Positions 24,841 to 38,090 of a DNA stretch of 64,000 nt are shown in pieces (position 1 is the stretch's first letter; every line of letters begins with the position of its first letter). The position numbers and the translations under genes are program-made. The DNA comes from Azolla caroliniana (Eukaryota; Plantae; Polypodiophyta), in contig JBHGNT010000015.1 of NCBI GenBank assembly GCA_043228905.1, positions 4,278,001-4,342,000 of the forward strand, given 5' to 3'. The notes below the pieces were generated by a model that saw only the letters and a program-made list of their open reading frames with translations, searched no databases and was not told the origin of the DNA.

Positions 24841-25548
24841 AGACAAACTCTAACACCCGGTTAAGTACAGAGAAGAAGAAGAAAATGGATAGAAGCATGC
24901 CAAGCTCACTTCCACCCGTAAATCTCTATCAGAGCAACTATGCATCGTGGTCCTACAAGCTGCAATGATACTTTCTTGGGCACGGTTACTGGAGCTATGT
25001 GGAAGGAGTAAACGAAGTGGCACCGGATTTGGCATGTTAATCCTAGGGCCGGACAACAGCCTAACACAGGGTGTCCACTTAAGACACTTCACCAAAGGGT
25101 GTTACGATAGAATGACTTACGACACAACGCTTAATTAGACCTTAATCGATTACTTAGCAATACATCATTAACACACGTAAGATATAACAATGAGTACAGA
25201 ACGGTAATCAATATTGAAAGATTAAGGCAATAAGTTCTATTAATTATCCGCTGTCGATTACATTGTAACCGGGCCTTTAAATAGGTCTCCGGTGCGAAGT
25301 ACAAAACGATGCCAAAAGGCACCTTTTTGGGATCGGTCCGGATCCGGATTGGCATACCGATTCCAGTCCGTCCGTCCACAACTTCTCATATATTAATATA
25401 TATTAAGATTACTAATTACAATAGTTCCCGAATAAACTATTCCTTTTACACTCTGGTTTGGACCTCCTTAAGCCTTCTTGCCAGCCGGGTAACACATGGC
25501 ACACCCGTGGGACAGTACCTTGTACGTCAAACCCATTATCCAGCCCTT

Positions 25549-28380
25549 TTAAGCTTCGTCCAAAATGTCCAAAATGCTTTGCTCCAGAATTTCCAATGGC
25601 TCGTCGGGAATCTGTTGTTGCTGCTGTGGCTGCTGTTCTGTTTGTGGCTGCTGCGGTGGCTGCTCTGTTTGTGCCTTCTCCGTTTGGGGCTGTTGCTCCG
25701 TTTGTTGCTCTGGCACCGACGTTTCCTTCACTGTCTCCTCCGTCGGAGTTGTCGCTGGCTGATTGATCCTGGCCTGGTCCCCGTCTGGTCCTTGAACCAG
25801 CGACGGTTCCTCATCACTAAGGTTGACCATTGCCGCCGTCCTCGCTTTTTCTTCCCTAAGCCGGGACCGCTCATAGCTCTCAAACTGGATTTGAGCCTCC
25901 AGCCGATCGTTGTCCAGTTGAGCTACGAGCTGCCGGACCTGCACCAATTGTTCATCTGCCAGGGCTGTGAAATCTTCGGCCAGGTCATCCCTTATGGCGG
26001 TGAAGTCCTCCGATGTCAGCGTATAACAGTCGTCACCCTGCTTTCGCCGGTTTTCCACGTCCGCTCTGAGCAACTGGAGTTCCACCGTATTCTGCGCCCA
26101 TTTCGCCCACCATCGCACAGAGCTCTCGTCAATCAAGCTTTTGGTCTTGGTGAGCCATGACCGGAGGATGCATTGGATCCGTTCGGTTCCCATCGATGAT
26201 TTGTTCTCTGCAGCTTGTCGCTCCTCTTTCAATTGCTTGATGATTCGGACCGTGTCCGCCTCCTGCTCCCTATAATGCGACAATTGACTTTGATAGGTTG
26301 TTTGCAACCTCTATAACACCATTGTCACCCTTTCCTTTTCTTCATGGTTCTGCTTGTGGAGCTCCATCCGGTCCATCGCCGCTTCCTCCAATAGCTTGGA
26401 ACTCTCAGCTCGTTCGTCGGCGAGTGCCGTTGTGGCCCTATCAACTTCTTTCCGGAGCTCGGCCATCCGTTCCTGCTGTTGCTTATACTCCATCTCCAGC
26501 TGCTTGTAGTCCCGGTGTGGATGATCAAAATCATCGGTCTTCTTCTTCAGCCTCTGGTTGTCTACCGGCGCGTGCAGTCCTCCCGGTCCTTCTGTTGACG
26601 GAGTTCTTCCTTCAGCCTTTCGATTTCCATCTCTGCCATCCGTCGCAACTTGTCTTTCTCCTGCAGCAATTTCTCTTTTCCCTCCTTTCGCCGGTCGTAC
26701 GCGTGATATCCTTTACGCAGGTTTTCCTCTGCCCAACGGAGGTTCTCAACAGTCTTCTTTAACTCTTCTTCGGCCGCCTTCTTCAAGTCGCGTTCGCGGC
26801 TCCGTAATGCTTCTTGTGTGGCAAGTTCGTCTCGTAATTCTGCAAGGTCTTGGGCTTGCACTGCATCTTTCTCCGGGATAGTTTCTGTCTTTGGGGTCTT
26901 ATTCATATGTACATCAACCGGAGTCACCGGTGCTTGGATCTACGTTGCGGTTAAGGTCATTTTGGCCATGTCTCCTGTGATCCGATCCAAGTCTTGTTCG
27001 AGGCACCGGATCCTTGACCGGGCCGTCTCCAGTTCATCGGTTGTGACGAGCAACCGTTCCGTTTACGCTCTTTCTTCCGCCTCTATGCATCCGACTACTC
27101 TTGCAATGTGTTCTCCTATCCACCGGAGCCATTGACTACCGGTGCATTGTTGTTGCGTTTGAACGGCGGGTTGGCTAATGGGTTCACTTGCTGGTGGTTG
27201 GTCCCGCCTTACTGCGTCGAGCTGCACTTCTGGTTCTGCCTGCTGACCACTTTGATGTTCCGGCTCTAGGTGTGTTTCGGCTAGCCCCCCCTTGTCTACT
27301 TGTTCTTGGCCGGCTGAGGAGGTTGGCCTTTGGATAACCGGCTCTTGAGTTACGGGGCTTGCTGGTGTTGCCTGTTGTGCAGGGACTTCTGTGACCGGTT
27401 CCATCCGAACCGGTTCCGGTGCCTCCCTTGGCGTGGGATGCTCAGTGTGAGTTACGGGCGTTCCATCCTTCTGTGGGTCCGAACGCTTCTCGGTTGATTG
27501 AGCGGTGCTCTTCACCGGCCGCCGCTGGAGGTGCTCCGTGGGTTCTTCCTCCATTTCCTTCGCCTGAGTCCCGACATTCATTCTTGCCGCCAGGGTGTCT
27601 GTTTCTTGCTGCACCGGTCGGTGGAGTGGGCTCTTCAGGGGCCGTGCCGGTGTCTCCTCGTGTGTGTCCGTCCGCCGCTTCCGGCTGGCGCACTCCTTTG
27701 CCGTCTTCTCTGCGTCGGCCGTCTTCCCCTTAGTAGCCTTGGAGGCCAACAACTGTTGCCATTTCGAAGCCAGTTTCGGGGTGCCGTCCGTTGCTCTTCC
27801 CCGCTTCTTGGTCTGGACGGGCTCGACCAGTGGCGCCAATAGGGTGAGCCATTGCATCACTGCATACCATATTTTCCGGCCTTCCTTGCCGTCCTTTCCT
27901 CTTACGATATCAATAGTCGTACACAACCCGTCGGCGATCAACACCGGCCAATCCACCTTGACCCCTTCGTACGTCGCGATAATCAAGCCTACTCGGTTCT
28001 GAGGCATAACGGGGGGTCGAGGGTATACGTGGCCGAACTCATGGAGTACACGGGCAATTTCGCGGAATAACATGTCTTCGCCGCCCTGTGTCCTGTAGCC
28101 TTTGTTGGCGAGAGAATACTCACCGAAATATTTGATGAGCTGCTCGGAGGTAGGATTGTCGATCGTGTAGATGCCCCCCTCCGGAAGGCCTGTTAACGCA
28201 CGGATCGCCTCCTCCGTGATCACCTTTGTGTCGATTTCTTTGATAATCTTTTCGGTCTCCTTGTGTGGCGCCGCCTCCATGATTGTCAAGAAACCCTCCA
28301 GCCCGTGTTGCCGTAGCCATTTCTTAGCGGCTTCAGACAGTGTTTGGCAGTCCATCTCTGCGTCGAGGTCGGAGAGCATT
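25549..28380 (-). pseudogene. Additional 3' ORF of F (~940 codons, broken): globular N-terminus, low-complexity linker, long coiled coil, Q/E-rich tail
   Basis: ORFs 27063..28616, 26562..26927, 26311..26493 and 25549..26307 in sense orientation; the N-terminal part (YFGEYSLANKGYRT...FREIARVLHEFG) is homologous to 63536..63853. Confidence 0.7.
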
Positions 28381-28465
28381 GGCGAGGTTTGATGGTGGGG
28401 AGAGTGTGAGAGAGAAAGTTCTGAGTGAGGGGGTTCTCTGTGCGTGAGCTCTCTTTGATTGATCT

Positions 28466-31400
28466 TCATGCGTTTGTCTGGAACACGAGTACCCGCTTGC
28501 CGATTTCGAACATCTTTTCGTTTCCCTTCCGATGCCGATCTACAAACGCCTTCCGTCGCCGTTGTTCCAATTCCAGGTGCATGATGCTCGCCAGTCGGTG
28601 TTCTTCTAGTTGACACAGAGGCTTTAACCGAATTGCCTCTGATTCCGTTTCATTAAGTCGTTCCCTAATCTGGATCCGTAAGCTCGGTACCTGGAACGCA
28701 ACCGGCATGACTGCCTCCAATCCGAATGCTAACCGGAACGACATTGTTCGGATGCTTGTTTTGTACACTGTCCGGTAAGCCCAGAGCGCACTATGCAGCT
28801 TCATGTCCCAATCTGTCCGATTTTCATTGACGATCTTGCGTAGGATATTCTGTAGCATTTTGTTTGTTGACTCAGCTAATCCGTTGGCTTGTGGGTAGTA
28901 CGGGGTGCTCCGTTTATGAACTACCACATAGAATGACGTCAAGCTCTCCACTACCTGTCCAAGAAAGTGTCCTCGGTCGCTTATCAGCTCTATGGGGCAT
29001 CCGTACCGGCACCAAATGTATTCGTATAAGAATTTTGCTGTCGACGCCGCGGTGTTGTCTCGTAGGGCTTTGGCTTCCACCCATTTAGTGCAGTAGTCCA
29101 TCGCGACGATCACATATCCGTTGCCAGTTCTCATTGCCGGTGGTTTAAATGGTCTGACAAAATCCAATCCCATTTCTGAAATGGTTCTAGCGGTAGTACT
29201 GGCTGGTGCGGCATCCTAGCTTGTTCCATTGGCTAGCCCATTCGCTGGCATAGATCACATTCTTTCGTGTACCGGACTGCGTCTTTCAATGTAGTCGGCC
29301 ACCATAGGCCACTTTGCCATATCTTCCTTGCCGTCACATCCCCGGCATAATGGCCTCCGACGACTCCGCAATGTGCTTCTCGTAGTATTACCTCTTTCTC
29401 GTCGCTACGCACCGCTCGTCGCCATATACCGTCCACACCTTTGTGGTATAGCATGTCCCGTAATAAACAGAAATGCCGGCTTTGTACCGTCAGGCGTTTC
29501 CTCTCGTCCCGGTTCATCTCCTCCGGCAGCAATCCGGTGCTCAGAAATTGGTGCATATTTGTTAGCCACTTATCTTCTGGTGCCACCATTTCATCTGTTG
29601 CCATTTCCGTGGTGACTCGAAATAGCTCAGCATCCGGAAACTCGTCTGGTACTCCGTCGCCAGTTTCGCCGGAATCTAACCGGCTTAAATAATCTGCTAC
29701 CGCATGCTGTATGCTGGGTCGGTGGAATATCTCGAATTCGAATTCCTATAATAGCAAAGTCCACCGGGCCAACTTACCGGTAAGTGACGCTTTGGACACT
29801 AGGTAGAGGAGTGCCGAGTGATCTACATGGAAGGAAAACTTTCTTCCCAATAAATAGTGCCTGAATTTTGTTACGCTGTAGATCATGCCTAAAGCTTCCC
29901 TTTCCGTGGTGGAGTAATTTCGTTCGGCTTGGGATAACTTCCGGCTTGCGTAATATACAGGCCGGTACCATCTTGGCTCCGTAAGTTGCATCAGTGCACT
30001 CCCGATTGCAATGTCGGACGCATCCACGAACACATGAAATTCCTTCGCCCAATCCAGGGGTTGCACTACCGGTGCTTGTGACAATAGAACTTTGAGTGCC
30101 TGGTACGCCTTGTCTTTGGTGTCGGTCCACTGGAACGGTGTTCCGTGTACCGCAGCATGCAGTGGTGTAGCTAGGTCCGCCAAATACCGGAGCATTCGGT
30201 TATGCCAACGGATTTGGCCTAAGAAACGGCTCAATGCCTTTGCCGTTTTCAGTGCCGGTGCATCCAGGATTGCTTTTACCTTGTCCGGATCCATGGCAAT
30301 GCCCTCCTTGCTCACGATGTGCCCCAGTAGCGTTCCGTTGGACACGCCGAATAGACACTTCGCCGGATTCAGGCTTAGCCGGTAAGCCCTACAGTTGTCT
30401 AGACACCTCCATGAATGCCGGTATGAATTCTCCGAATATTTCCATGATGATCCACTGGAACGTTGCCGGCGCCGTTTTTAGTCCGAACATCATCACTACG
30501 ACAACAAACACCCCCCATTCAGTGACGAAAGCCGTTTTTTCCCGGTCATCGGGGTGCATTCAGATCTGGTTGTATCCGTTGAATCTATCTAAAAAACTGT
30601 ATACCTCATGGCCGGTGACTGCGTCCAAAACTCCATCCGTAAATGGAAGTGGAAATGCATCAGTTACCGTCGCCACATTAAGCTTTCGGTAGTCGACACA
30701 TACTCTAATTTTGCCGTTTTTCTTCGGTACGACTACTATCGGGCTCAACCATGTCGATTTCTTTACGGGACGGATAAAGCCAACTCTCAGCAACTTATCA
30801 ATTTCCTCCTTGACTTTGGCGGCGTAGTTTGGATTCATCCGGTACCGTCGCTGTGCTACCGGTTTGGCGTCTTTGCTCATATGTATCTGATGCTGATATA
30901 GCTGAGGATCGAGCCCTCTCATATCCTCGTAGGACCAGGCAAACACGTCCCGAAACTCTTTGAGAAGTGTAATCATCACCGTTATGTTCTCCGTAGTCAT
31001 TTCCTTGGCTATTTGCACCGGTCTCGCCTCTTCTGTAGTTCCTAGATTGACCTCCTCTAGTTGGGATGCTTTAACCCGTTGTGATACGGCCATTTCTCTT
31101 TCCAACGCTTCTTGTGCTTGCCGTAGCTCTCGGATCGCTTCCTTATTTGGTTCTTCGTCCGTCAGGTCCGGTGGCAGTATGTATAGTGATACGGCTTCAG
31201 CTACGTTGATTTCAAACAGAGGTACTATCTTCGGATTATCTTGCAAGTATTGATCCACCTCTTCATTTGCTAATCCGTCTAGCATATTGACACATTCGGC
31301 ATATAGGGGTGTCAATTCCTTCCCGGTACCCGTCCGTAGTTGTGTCAGTACCCGTACTTTTGCTTTTCCCTGCCGGAAGGTGATTATATTCTTCCTCCAA

Positions 31401-33526
31401 TTTTGTTTAATGTGCGCCGTTTTTAGCCACAACCGCCCCAACAATAGTGGGTAGGCTCCTTGTGCCTGTAATTGTAGCACTCTTTCCGAGATGCGAAATG
31501 TGTGGCCGCCGATTGTTACTTCCAAATCTTGTATCAAGCTGGTCGGTCGCACCAAGCTTGTATCCGCCATCCGTAGCCAGAATGGGCATGGTTCCCACTC
31601 TTGGATTCCCAAGGTTGTGCATGTTCGTAGGCTGATCACATTGACGCCGGATCCTCCATCTATTACTGTTCCGGGTAACTCCTTTCCCTTCACGATGGCT
31701 GTGATCGCCGGACTGTTTGTGTCTACCACCGCCGGTCCTTCCTCCGGATTTGAGAAGAATGTTGGTGCCGATGGTGTTTCTCCTGCCGTCATGCCTGTCT
31801 TGAGTCCTTCTGTGAATCTGGGCCCTAGTTGTAGGAGCCGTCCTAATGGCAACGTGATTTGGCACTCTTGCAATGCCTGCCACGTCGCATTTTCGGTTTG
31901 ACTGCTGCCGGTGAGCTCCTCGGTGTTCTCCTTTTGCTGCGCAAGTTCTGCTATGTTTCGCTCATTTTCCTTTTTCACCCATTCTGTTGCCTGCTTCCGG
32001 ATGGCCTCTTGTGTCTCCCATTCTGTCGCCTTGCCCTTTGACCTTGTGGTAACCTGCTGCAGGTCTGTGACTTCGGCGACTACCATGTTTACAGCCGGTC
32101 GCTTGTCATAGCTCTTTGCCAGACATTGATTACTATAATGTCCTTCTTGCCGGCAATAATAGCAATATGCTTTCCGGGTATTGCTGGATTCGGCATTGTT
32201 TCCTGTACCCGGTGGAGGACCTGTGGTAACCGCGGGGCTTTGGTCCGGTTGGCTACTTGAGGCGCCTTTTTCCGGTTCACGTGGGTGGCTCCCTTTTTTG
32301 AAATGCCGTTTTTTATTAAAGTTCTTTTTGTTGCGGTACCTTTGACGGGGTTTGTTGTCATATCTCCCGTACTCTTCCTGTCGTTGGTGATACCCAGGGG
32401 AGTGATCCCGGTTGTGATGCTCGTACCGTCCATTGTAATCTCGGTACCTGTCATATCTCTTGTACCGGTCATAGTTGTCTCGCCGATCGTCGTACCGGAC
32501 ATCCTGTGCCGGTCGATATCGCTCCTCTCGCCGCCAACGTTCGTCTTCTTCGTCTCGGCGGCTACGTGGCTTGATTTGTCGGACTGGTGCTGCTTGCCGA
32601 TTCAATAAGTTATATTCACACCGGTCCATCGTGTGGCTCGTAGATTGGCAGAGTAAGTAGTGCGTCCGCATGGTGCACTCCAGTGACGAGTGTCCGGAAT
32701 TCAAGCAGGTCGTGCATTGGATTGCTTGCCGGAACCGGAGATCCTCATCGGTTGGTAACGCTCGTTGGAGGGCTCCCATTGTTAGCCAAGAGCTCGTTTT
32801 CTTCATTTCTCTAACCGGGTCGATGACCTGGTGGACGGTGCTTGTGCGAAAGTCGATGACCGTGCATACCGTTCGTAGAGGCTCCCGGAGCGCGGCTAAG
32901 AATATAGCCCATGTTTCTTCTTCCGGAGGTGCGTAGGTAAGCTGACTGTGCATTCGTTGAAACCGGATGACAAACTGCGGAATGCTCTCCCGGGGTCCTG
33001 CCGAATGGTATAAAATAGGCCCACCATTTCTCTCTGATCCACCTCCTTCTAAAAGAAATGCAAGAATTTATTTTTCAGGTCCGCAAAGGTGGGGATGGTG
33101 CTGGGTCCTGCGTCCGGTGCCATCTGGCGGCCGGTCCTTCCAATGTCACGCTGAATTCGGCTATCTTAGATCGTTCCTCTTCGGCCGCGGTTAACCGTTG
33201 TGACATATGGTTCGCCTCCCATGTTTGTTGTAACCCCCTTCTAAATCCAATTCCAGCGCTGAAAATGCTTCGGATTCGCCGTCTCTTCCGGCCAAGGCCT
33301 GGAGAAGGGGTTCCGCTTCCCGGAGGCTGCTTAAGTTGCTTCCTTCATCCAGGTAGTCGTCTTGTTGCAGACGGAGCGACTCCTCCGCCACTTTCCGGAT
33401 CACTTTGGAAAATGATCGATCCGATCGGATTTCTTCCGCTGCTTGCTGGAAAGCCTCTCGCCGCCTTCGCCGTTCAACAAGTCTTCGTGCTCTCTTTGTC
33501 ACCGGGTCGTCTGTTGGCCTAGTCAT
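28466..33526 (-). pseudogene. Gypsy gag-pol of F (several stops, frameshifts and deletions)
   Basis: CYYCRQEGHYSNQC; IDGGSGVNVI (protease); RVCVDYRKLN; FVDASDIAIG and NYSTTEREAL (RNase H); H...GHY...CDLC; GLDFV, ISD, YPQANGLAE (integrase). Confidence 0.95.
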
Positions 33527-36500
33527 CCATTCCCACCGCTATTCACTACGCTTGTGCAGGAATCGTGGTCGCCAAAAAATGTGTTAATCCTAGGGCCGGA
33601 CAACAGCCTAACACAGGGTGTCCACTTAAGACACTTCACCAAAGGGTGTTACGACAGAATGACTTATGACACAACGCTTACTTAGACCTTAATCGATTAC
33701 TTAGCAATACATCATTAACACGCGTAAGATATAACAATGAGTACAAAACGGTAATCAATACTTAAAGATTAAGGCAATAAGTTCTATTAATTATCCGCTG
33801 TCGATTACATTGTAACCGGGCCTTTATATAGGTCTCCGGTGCGAAGTACAAAAGGTGCCAAAAGGCACCTTTTCGGGATCGGTCCAGATCCGGATCGGCA
33901 TACTGATTCCGGTCCATCCGTCCACATCTTCTCATATATTAATATATATTAAGATTACTAATTACAACAGTTCCCGAATAAACTATTCCTTTTACACTCT
34001 GGTTTGGACCTCCTTAAGCCTTCTTGCCAGTCGGGTAACATGGCACACAAGGATTTTCCGGTTTGGGAACAAGGAGCAAGTAGAATCTTGTACTGCTTTA
34101 CGTCCTATGTGCACGACCAAATGTTGGGCTACATTTGGGATGAGAAGATGTTGAAGGAGGCCTGGGAAAATATGGAAAAGATTTTCACCACAAGTACCAT
34201 GGCCCGGAAGTTGTAGCTTCGACAAGAGCTCAACAATATCTAAAAGAGGGATATGATGGTGACCGAGTACACCACCAAAATCAAGGAGAGCTGTGATTCC
34301 CTAAGGTCCATCAATGTGATGGTGGACGAAGATGAGATGATACAGATTTGCCTCCGCAGTCTAGCACAAAGGTACGAGCCGATTCAGATGACTATTTGCA
34401 CAAGGGAGAAACCACCGTCATTATTTGATCCGTAATCTATGCTTATGGTCGAAGAAACCCACGTAGGTGCGTTGAAGAGCATGCAATCTAACAACCGAAT
34501 TGTTGAGCGAGAAAGCTCAACATGGGCCGGATCGGTTGAACAAGCCGAGAGTTGGATCAGAGTGAAAAGACCGGAGAGCCGGACCCACGTGTGAACCGGT
34601 AGGCCGTTAGAGGCCTACACTCCTAGTCTACTAGGTTATATTCCCAGGAGTTAGTGTCAGTAGCTTAGTATGAGCATTGAAGTACTTCAGTCAATCCTTT
34701 TGAGGACTTGTATAAAAAGTGTTCTCAAGGATATTTGACTGTATAGGGTATTATTTTTGAAATTGAGCTTTTAGTGTTATGCTATCTCTCTCTCTCCCAT
34801 GTACTCTCTCTCTCTCACCATTGTTCTCTATTGTTGTCTTGTTGAGCCGGTCGTTTTTGTGTAGCTTCTACACGCTACTCTTTTCATGGGTTAAGAAACC
34901 ATTGCTGCTGACAAACGGTAAAACACAAACATACCCTAACACCCGATTGAGAACAGAAAAGAAGAAGAAAATGGACAGAGGAATGGCAATATGACTTCCG
35001 ACGGAGAAGCTCGATTGGAGCAACTATGCATCTTTGTCTTACAAAATGCACTAGTATATTCTTGGACACTGACACGAGAGTTATGTGGATGGAGTGAACG
35101 AAGTAGCGCTGGATTCGGCACACAAGGATTTCCCAGCACGGGAACAAGGAGTGATCAAGTTCTCTACTGCCCACCGAAGGAGGCCTGGGAAAATCTGAAG
35201 AAGATTTTCCTTGCAAGTACCACAACCCGGAAGTTGTAGCTCTGGCAAGAGCTCAATGATATCCGACAGAGGGATATGACGGTGCTCGACTATAGCATGA
35301 AGATCAAGGAGATCTGTGACGCCTCGGGATCCCTCAATATGATGGTGCATGTGGATGAAATGGTGCAGATCTACCTTGGTGGTCTAGCGTAAAGGTACGG
35401 GCTGATCCAGACGGCTATTTGCACATGGGAGAAGCCACCGCCATTATTCGACTTGCAATCGATGCTTCTAGTCGAAGAAAACCACACCGGTGCATCAAGA
35501 AGCACACAATCTGACAACCGAATGTTGCATACGGAGGCGGATCGGCCTTGCGGATGTGGAGGGCGTGGTGGTTCGGCACACAATGGTGGCGGCCGACAAG
35601 AGTAGAATCGAAGGCATAATCAACATGCCTACAACAATTATAGACCCTCCATTAGTAGGGGGAGTCAAGGTGGCACCGGAAACCGACAAGCAAAGGCTAC
35701 CAAGAGAGCGAGTGCTAGAAGAAGCGCACTGATTCAGACGAATCCGGATCGGGGAAAGCTGAACATGGAAATTGGCAGGGATCGCACTACGCGAGGGCCC
35801 AAAACTGAAGAGGGCCCAACCTTTGTGATGAAGCAAAAGGAAAATTCGATGAAGAAGAGAAACTCACAACTGAACGAGGTGTGGTATGTCGACTCCGGAG
35901 TATCGAATCATATGATGAGCCACGAAGAGTGGTTCTCATATCTAAAGAAACCAGAACAACCGGGGTTCGTCGAAACCGGTGATGACACACACATCCGATC
36001 GAACATGTCGGTGAAGTCCCCCTTAGTCATGTCGGATAGAAGGGGAGACTTATGGATGTACTACACATCCCGAAGATCATGAAGAGCTTGGTGCCTGTCG
36101 AACAGATCATTGACCAAGGGATGTAGGTCCGGTTCACCCACCTTAGGTGTTTCATTGAAGAAGAAGGCCAAATCATCGTGCAAGGGCACCAAGAAGGCAT
36201 GTTCATCCTTGATACAAATGATGTCGGCACCTCTATGTTCGCCAAAGGACAAAATATCAAGTCAGACATCGACTTATGGCATAAGTAGATCGGCCATGTC
36301 AACTATCAAAGGCTTCAAGAACTGCAAACAAAACAAGTAGTGTTCAGCCATGTTAGAAGAGAAGAGCATGCCCAAGTTTTACTGGGCCGAAGTGGTTCAG
36401 ACAACAGTGTATATCCAGAATCAGATTGGAGAGAAGGTATCAACTCATGAGCTATATTTCCGATGAAAGCCGAACTTGAAACACTTGAGGATATTCAATA

Positions 36501-38090
36501 GAATTGCCTACGTGCATGTGCTAGATGAGAAGAGGAAGAAGTTGGACGCTAAGTCGGAAAAGTTTATCCTAGTCGGCTACTCACATGAACAAAAGGGGTA
36601 TAAGTGTTATAATCCCCGAACCAAACAAGTCTGAGTGAGATGAGATGTTGTATTTGACGAGTCGACGTCCTGGTATGCTCTTCTGATCCCGACCCCCAAC
36701 AACTCCGACCACCTAATTACTGAGGATGAGGCCAATGAGGTCGAGATGCTTTGAGAAGAAGAAGGAGATGATTTTGGCACTCTAGAGGGGAGTCTGATTT
36801 CATTCCGACTGAGTGGTCCGAATGAAGAGAAGAGTTTGGAAGACCAACAGAAGTAAGAGCCGACGAGCAGTGAAGACTCAGTTGTGCACTCCCTCTGCAA
36901 GGAACCAAGGAAACGGTATACACACAAGAAAAAGGGGTAGATGAAGATGCCGGAGTATGGCACGGATCAGGGTGCATCGGATTGGAGAGAATTTGACAGC
37001 AATTGAAGCAAAGAAGGACCTCAAGAGTTGAGGTCAAATGCGGCCAAGAGGGCCTTGAAATCGGCGAGTGAGAAGTTACGCCCATCGACTTGCCACAAGA
37101 AGCCGATGATCCGGTATGGTTACAATGAGTACATAGCACACCGTTATGCGTACATGAAGAAAGTGGTGGAAGTCTGCGAGCTAGAGAGCTATGCAGAGGA
37201 ATCATAGGATGCCAAATGACGTTCGGCCATGGAGGAAGAATTACGGACACTGGATGCCAACGACACATTGGACTTGGTTGACCCTCCCCGACATTGCAAA
37301 CATATTGTATGTAAGTGGGTATACAAAGTGAAATACAATGCCGACCATTCGGTCAACCAATACAAGGCCCAATTGGTGGCCAAAGGATGTGCACAGACCC
37401 ACAACATCGACTACAACAAAACCTTTGCACTAGTAGCGAAGATGACGATGGTCCATGTGGTGTTGGCAGTCACAACGGCAAGGGGGTGACATCTCCACCA
37501 GATGGATGTGAAGAATGTGTTTCTTCAAGGAGACCTTGAAGAATATGTATACATGGTCCATCCCCCTATATTTCAGTCGGAGCTAAACAAGTCGGTAGTG
37601 TGATGGTTGAAGAAGTCACTTTACAACCTCAAGCAAGCCCCCCTTGCTTGGAATTCAAATATCACGCACCAGTTGCGTAAGTTGGTGTTTGTGGCCTCCA
37701 AAGCCGACTCTGCTTTGTTCATTCGGAAAGGTACGAAAGGTCCGGTTTGCATTTTGTTGTATATAAACGACCTGGTTGTCACCGAACCCGACCTTGTAGA
37801 AATCGGCCGTGTTGAGAATCAAGCTCAACTTGGTCTAGTGTGTGAACTCACCTTGAGAGTGAATAGACACTCCAACGGTCAAGAGTCACCATTATGTCAC
37901 CACTTTGTATTCTAGCATTCTATGACACATAACTTATGAGCTTTCACATTCCCCATGCTCCATGAGTCTTGTAGTTAATGAAGAGAGTGGGTGACTATAT
38001 AAAGCACCCTCCTCCCACCTTGTATGATGTTGAGTCTTTCTCCTTTGTTAATACAATCTACCTTGCGTATTCTCTGTGTATTATTCCTTG

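Larger units (their letters stand above)
25035..34040 (-). mobile_element. Full-length non-chromovirus Ty3/gypsy element F with a long extra 3' ORF
   Basis: LTRs 25035-25494 and 33582-34040 (roughly 96% identical by manual count); TSD TGGCA (25030-25034 / 34041-34045); PBS TGGCGACCACG (tRNA-Arg-like) at 33564-33574 on minus; order gag-PR-RT-RH-INT. Confidence 0.96.
24841..34500 (+). pseudogene. Degenerate copia gag fragment H (24841-25034 and 34041-34500) split by gypsy F
   Basis: VHDQMLGYIWD...KEAWENMEKIF...ARKL and EYTTKIKESCDSL are homologous to the gag at 34970 and 42270; continuous across TSD TGGCA. Confidence 0.8.

Noticed and set aside
25309-26160. Leu-rich 283-aa plus-strand ORF as an env-like membrane protein
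   Set aside because: Antisense shadow of the Q/E-rich extra ORF; it starts inside the LTR and has no counterpart in element G.
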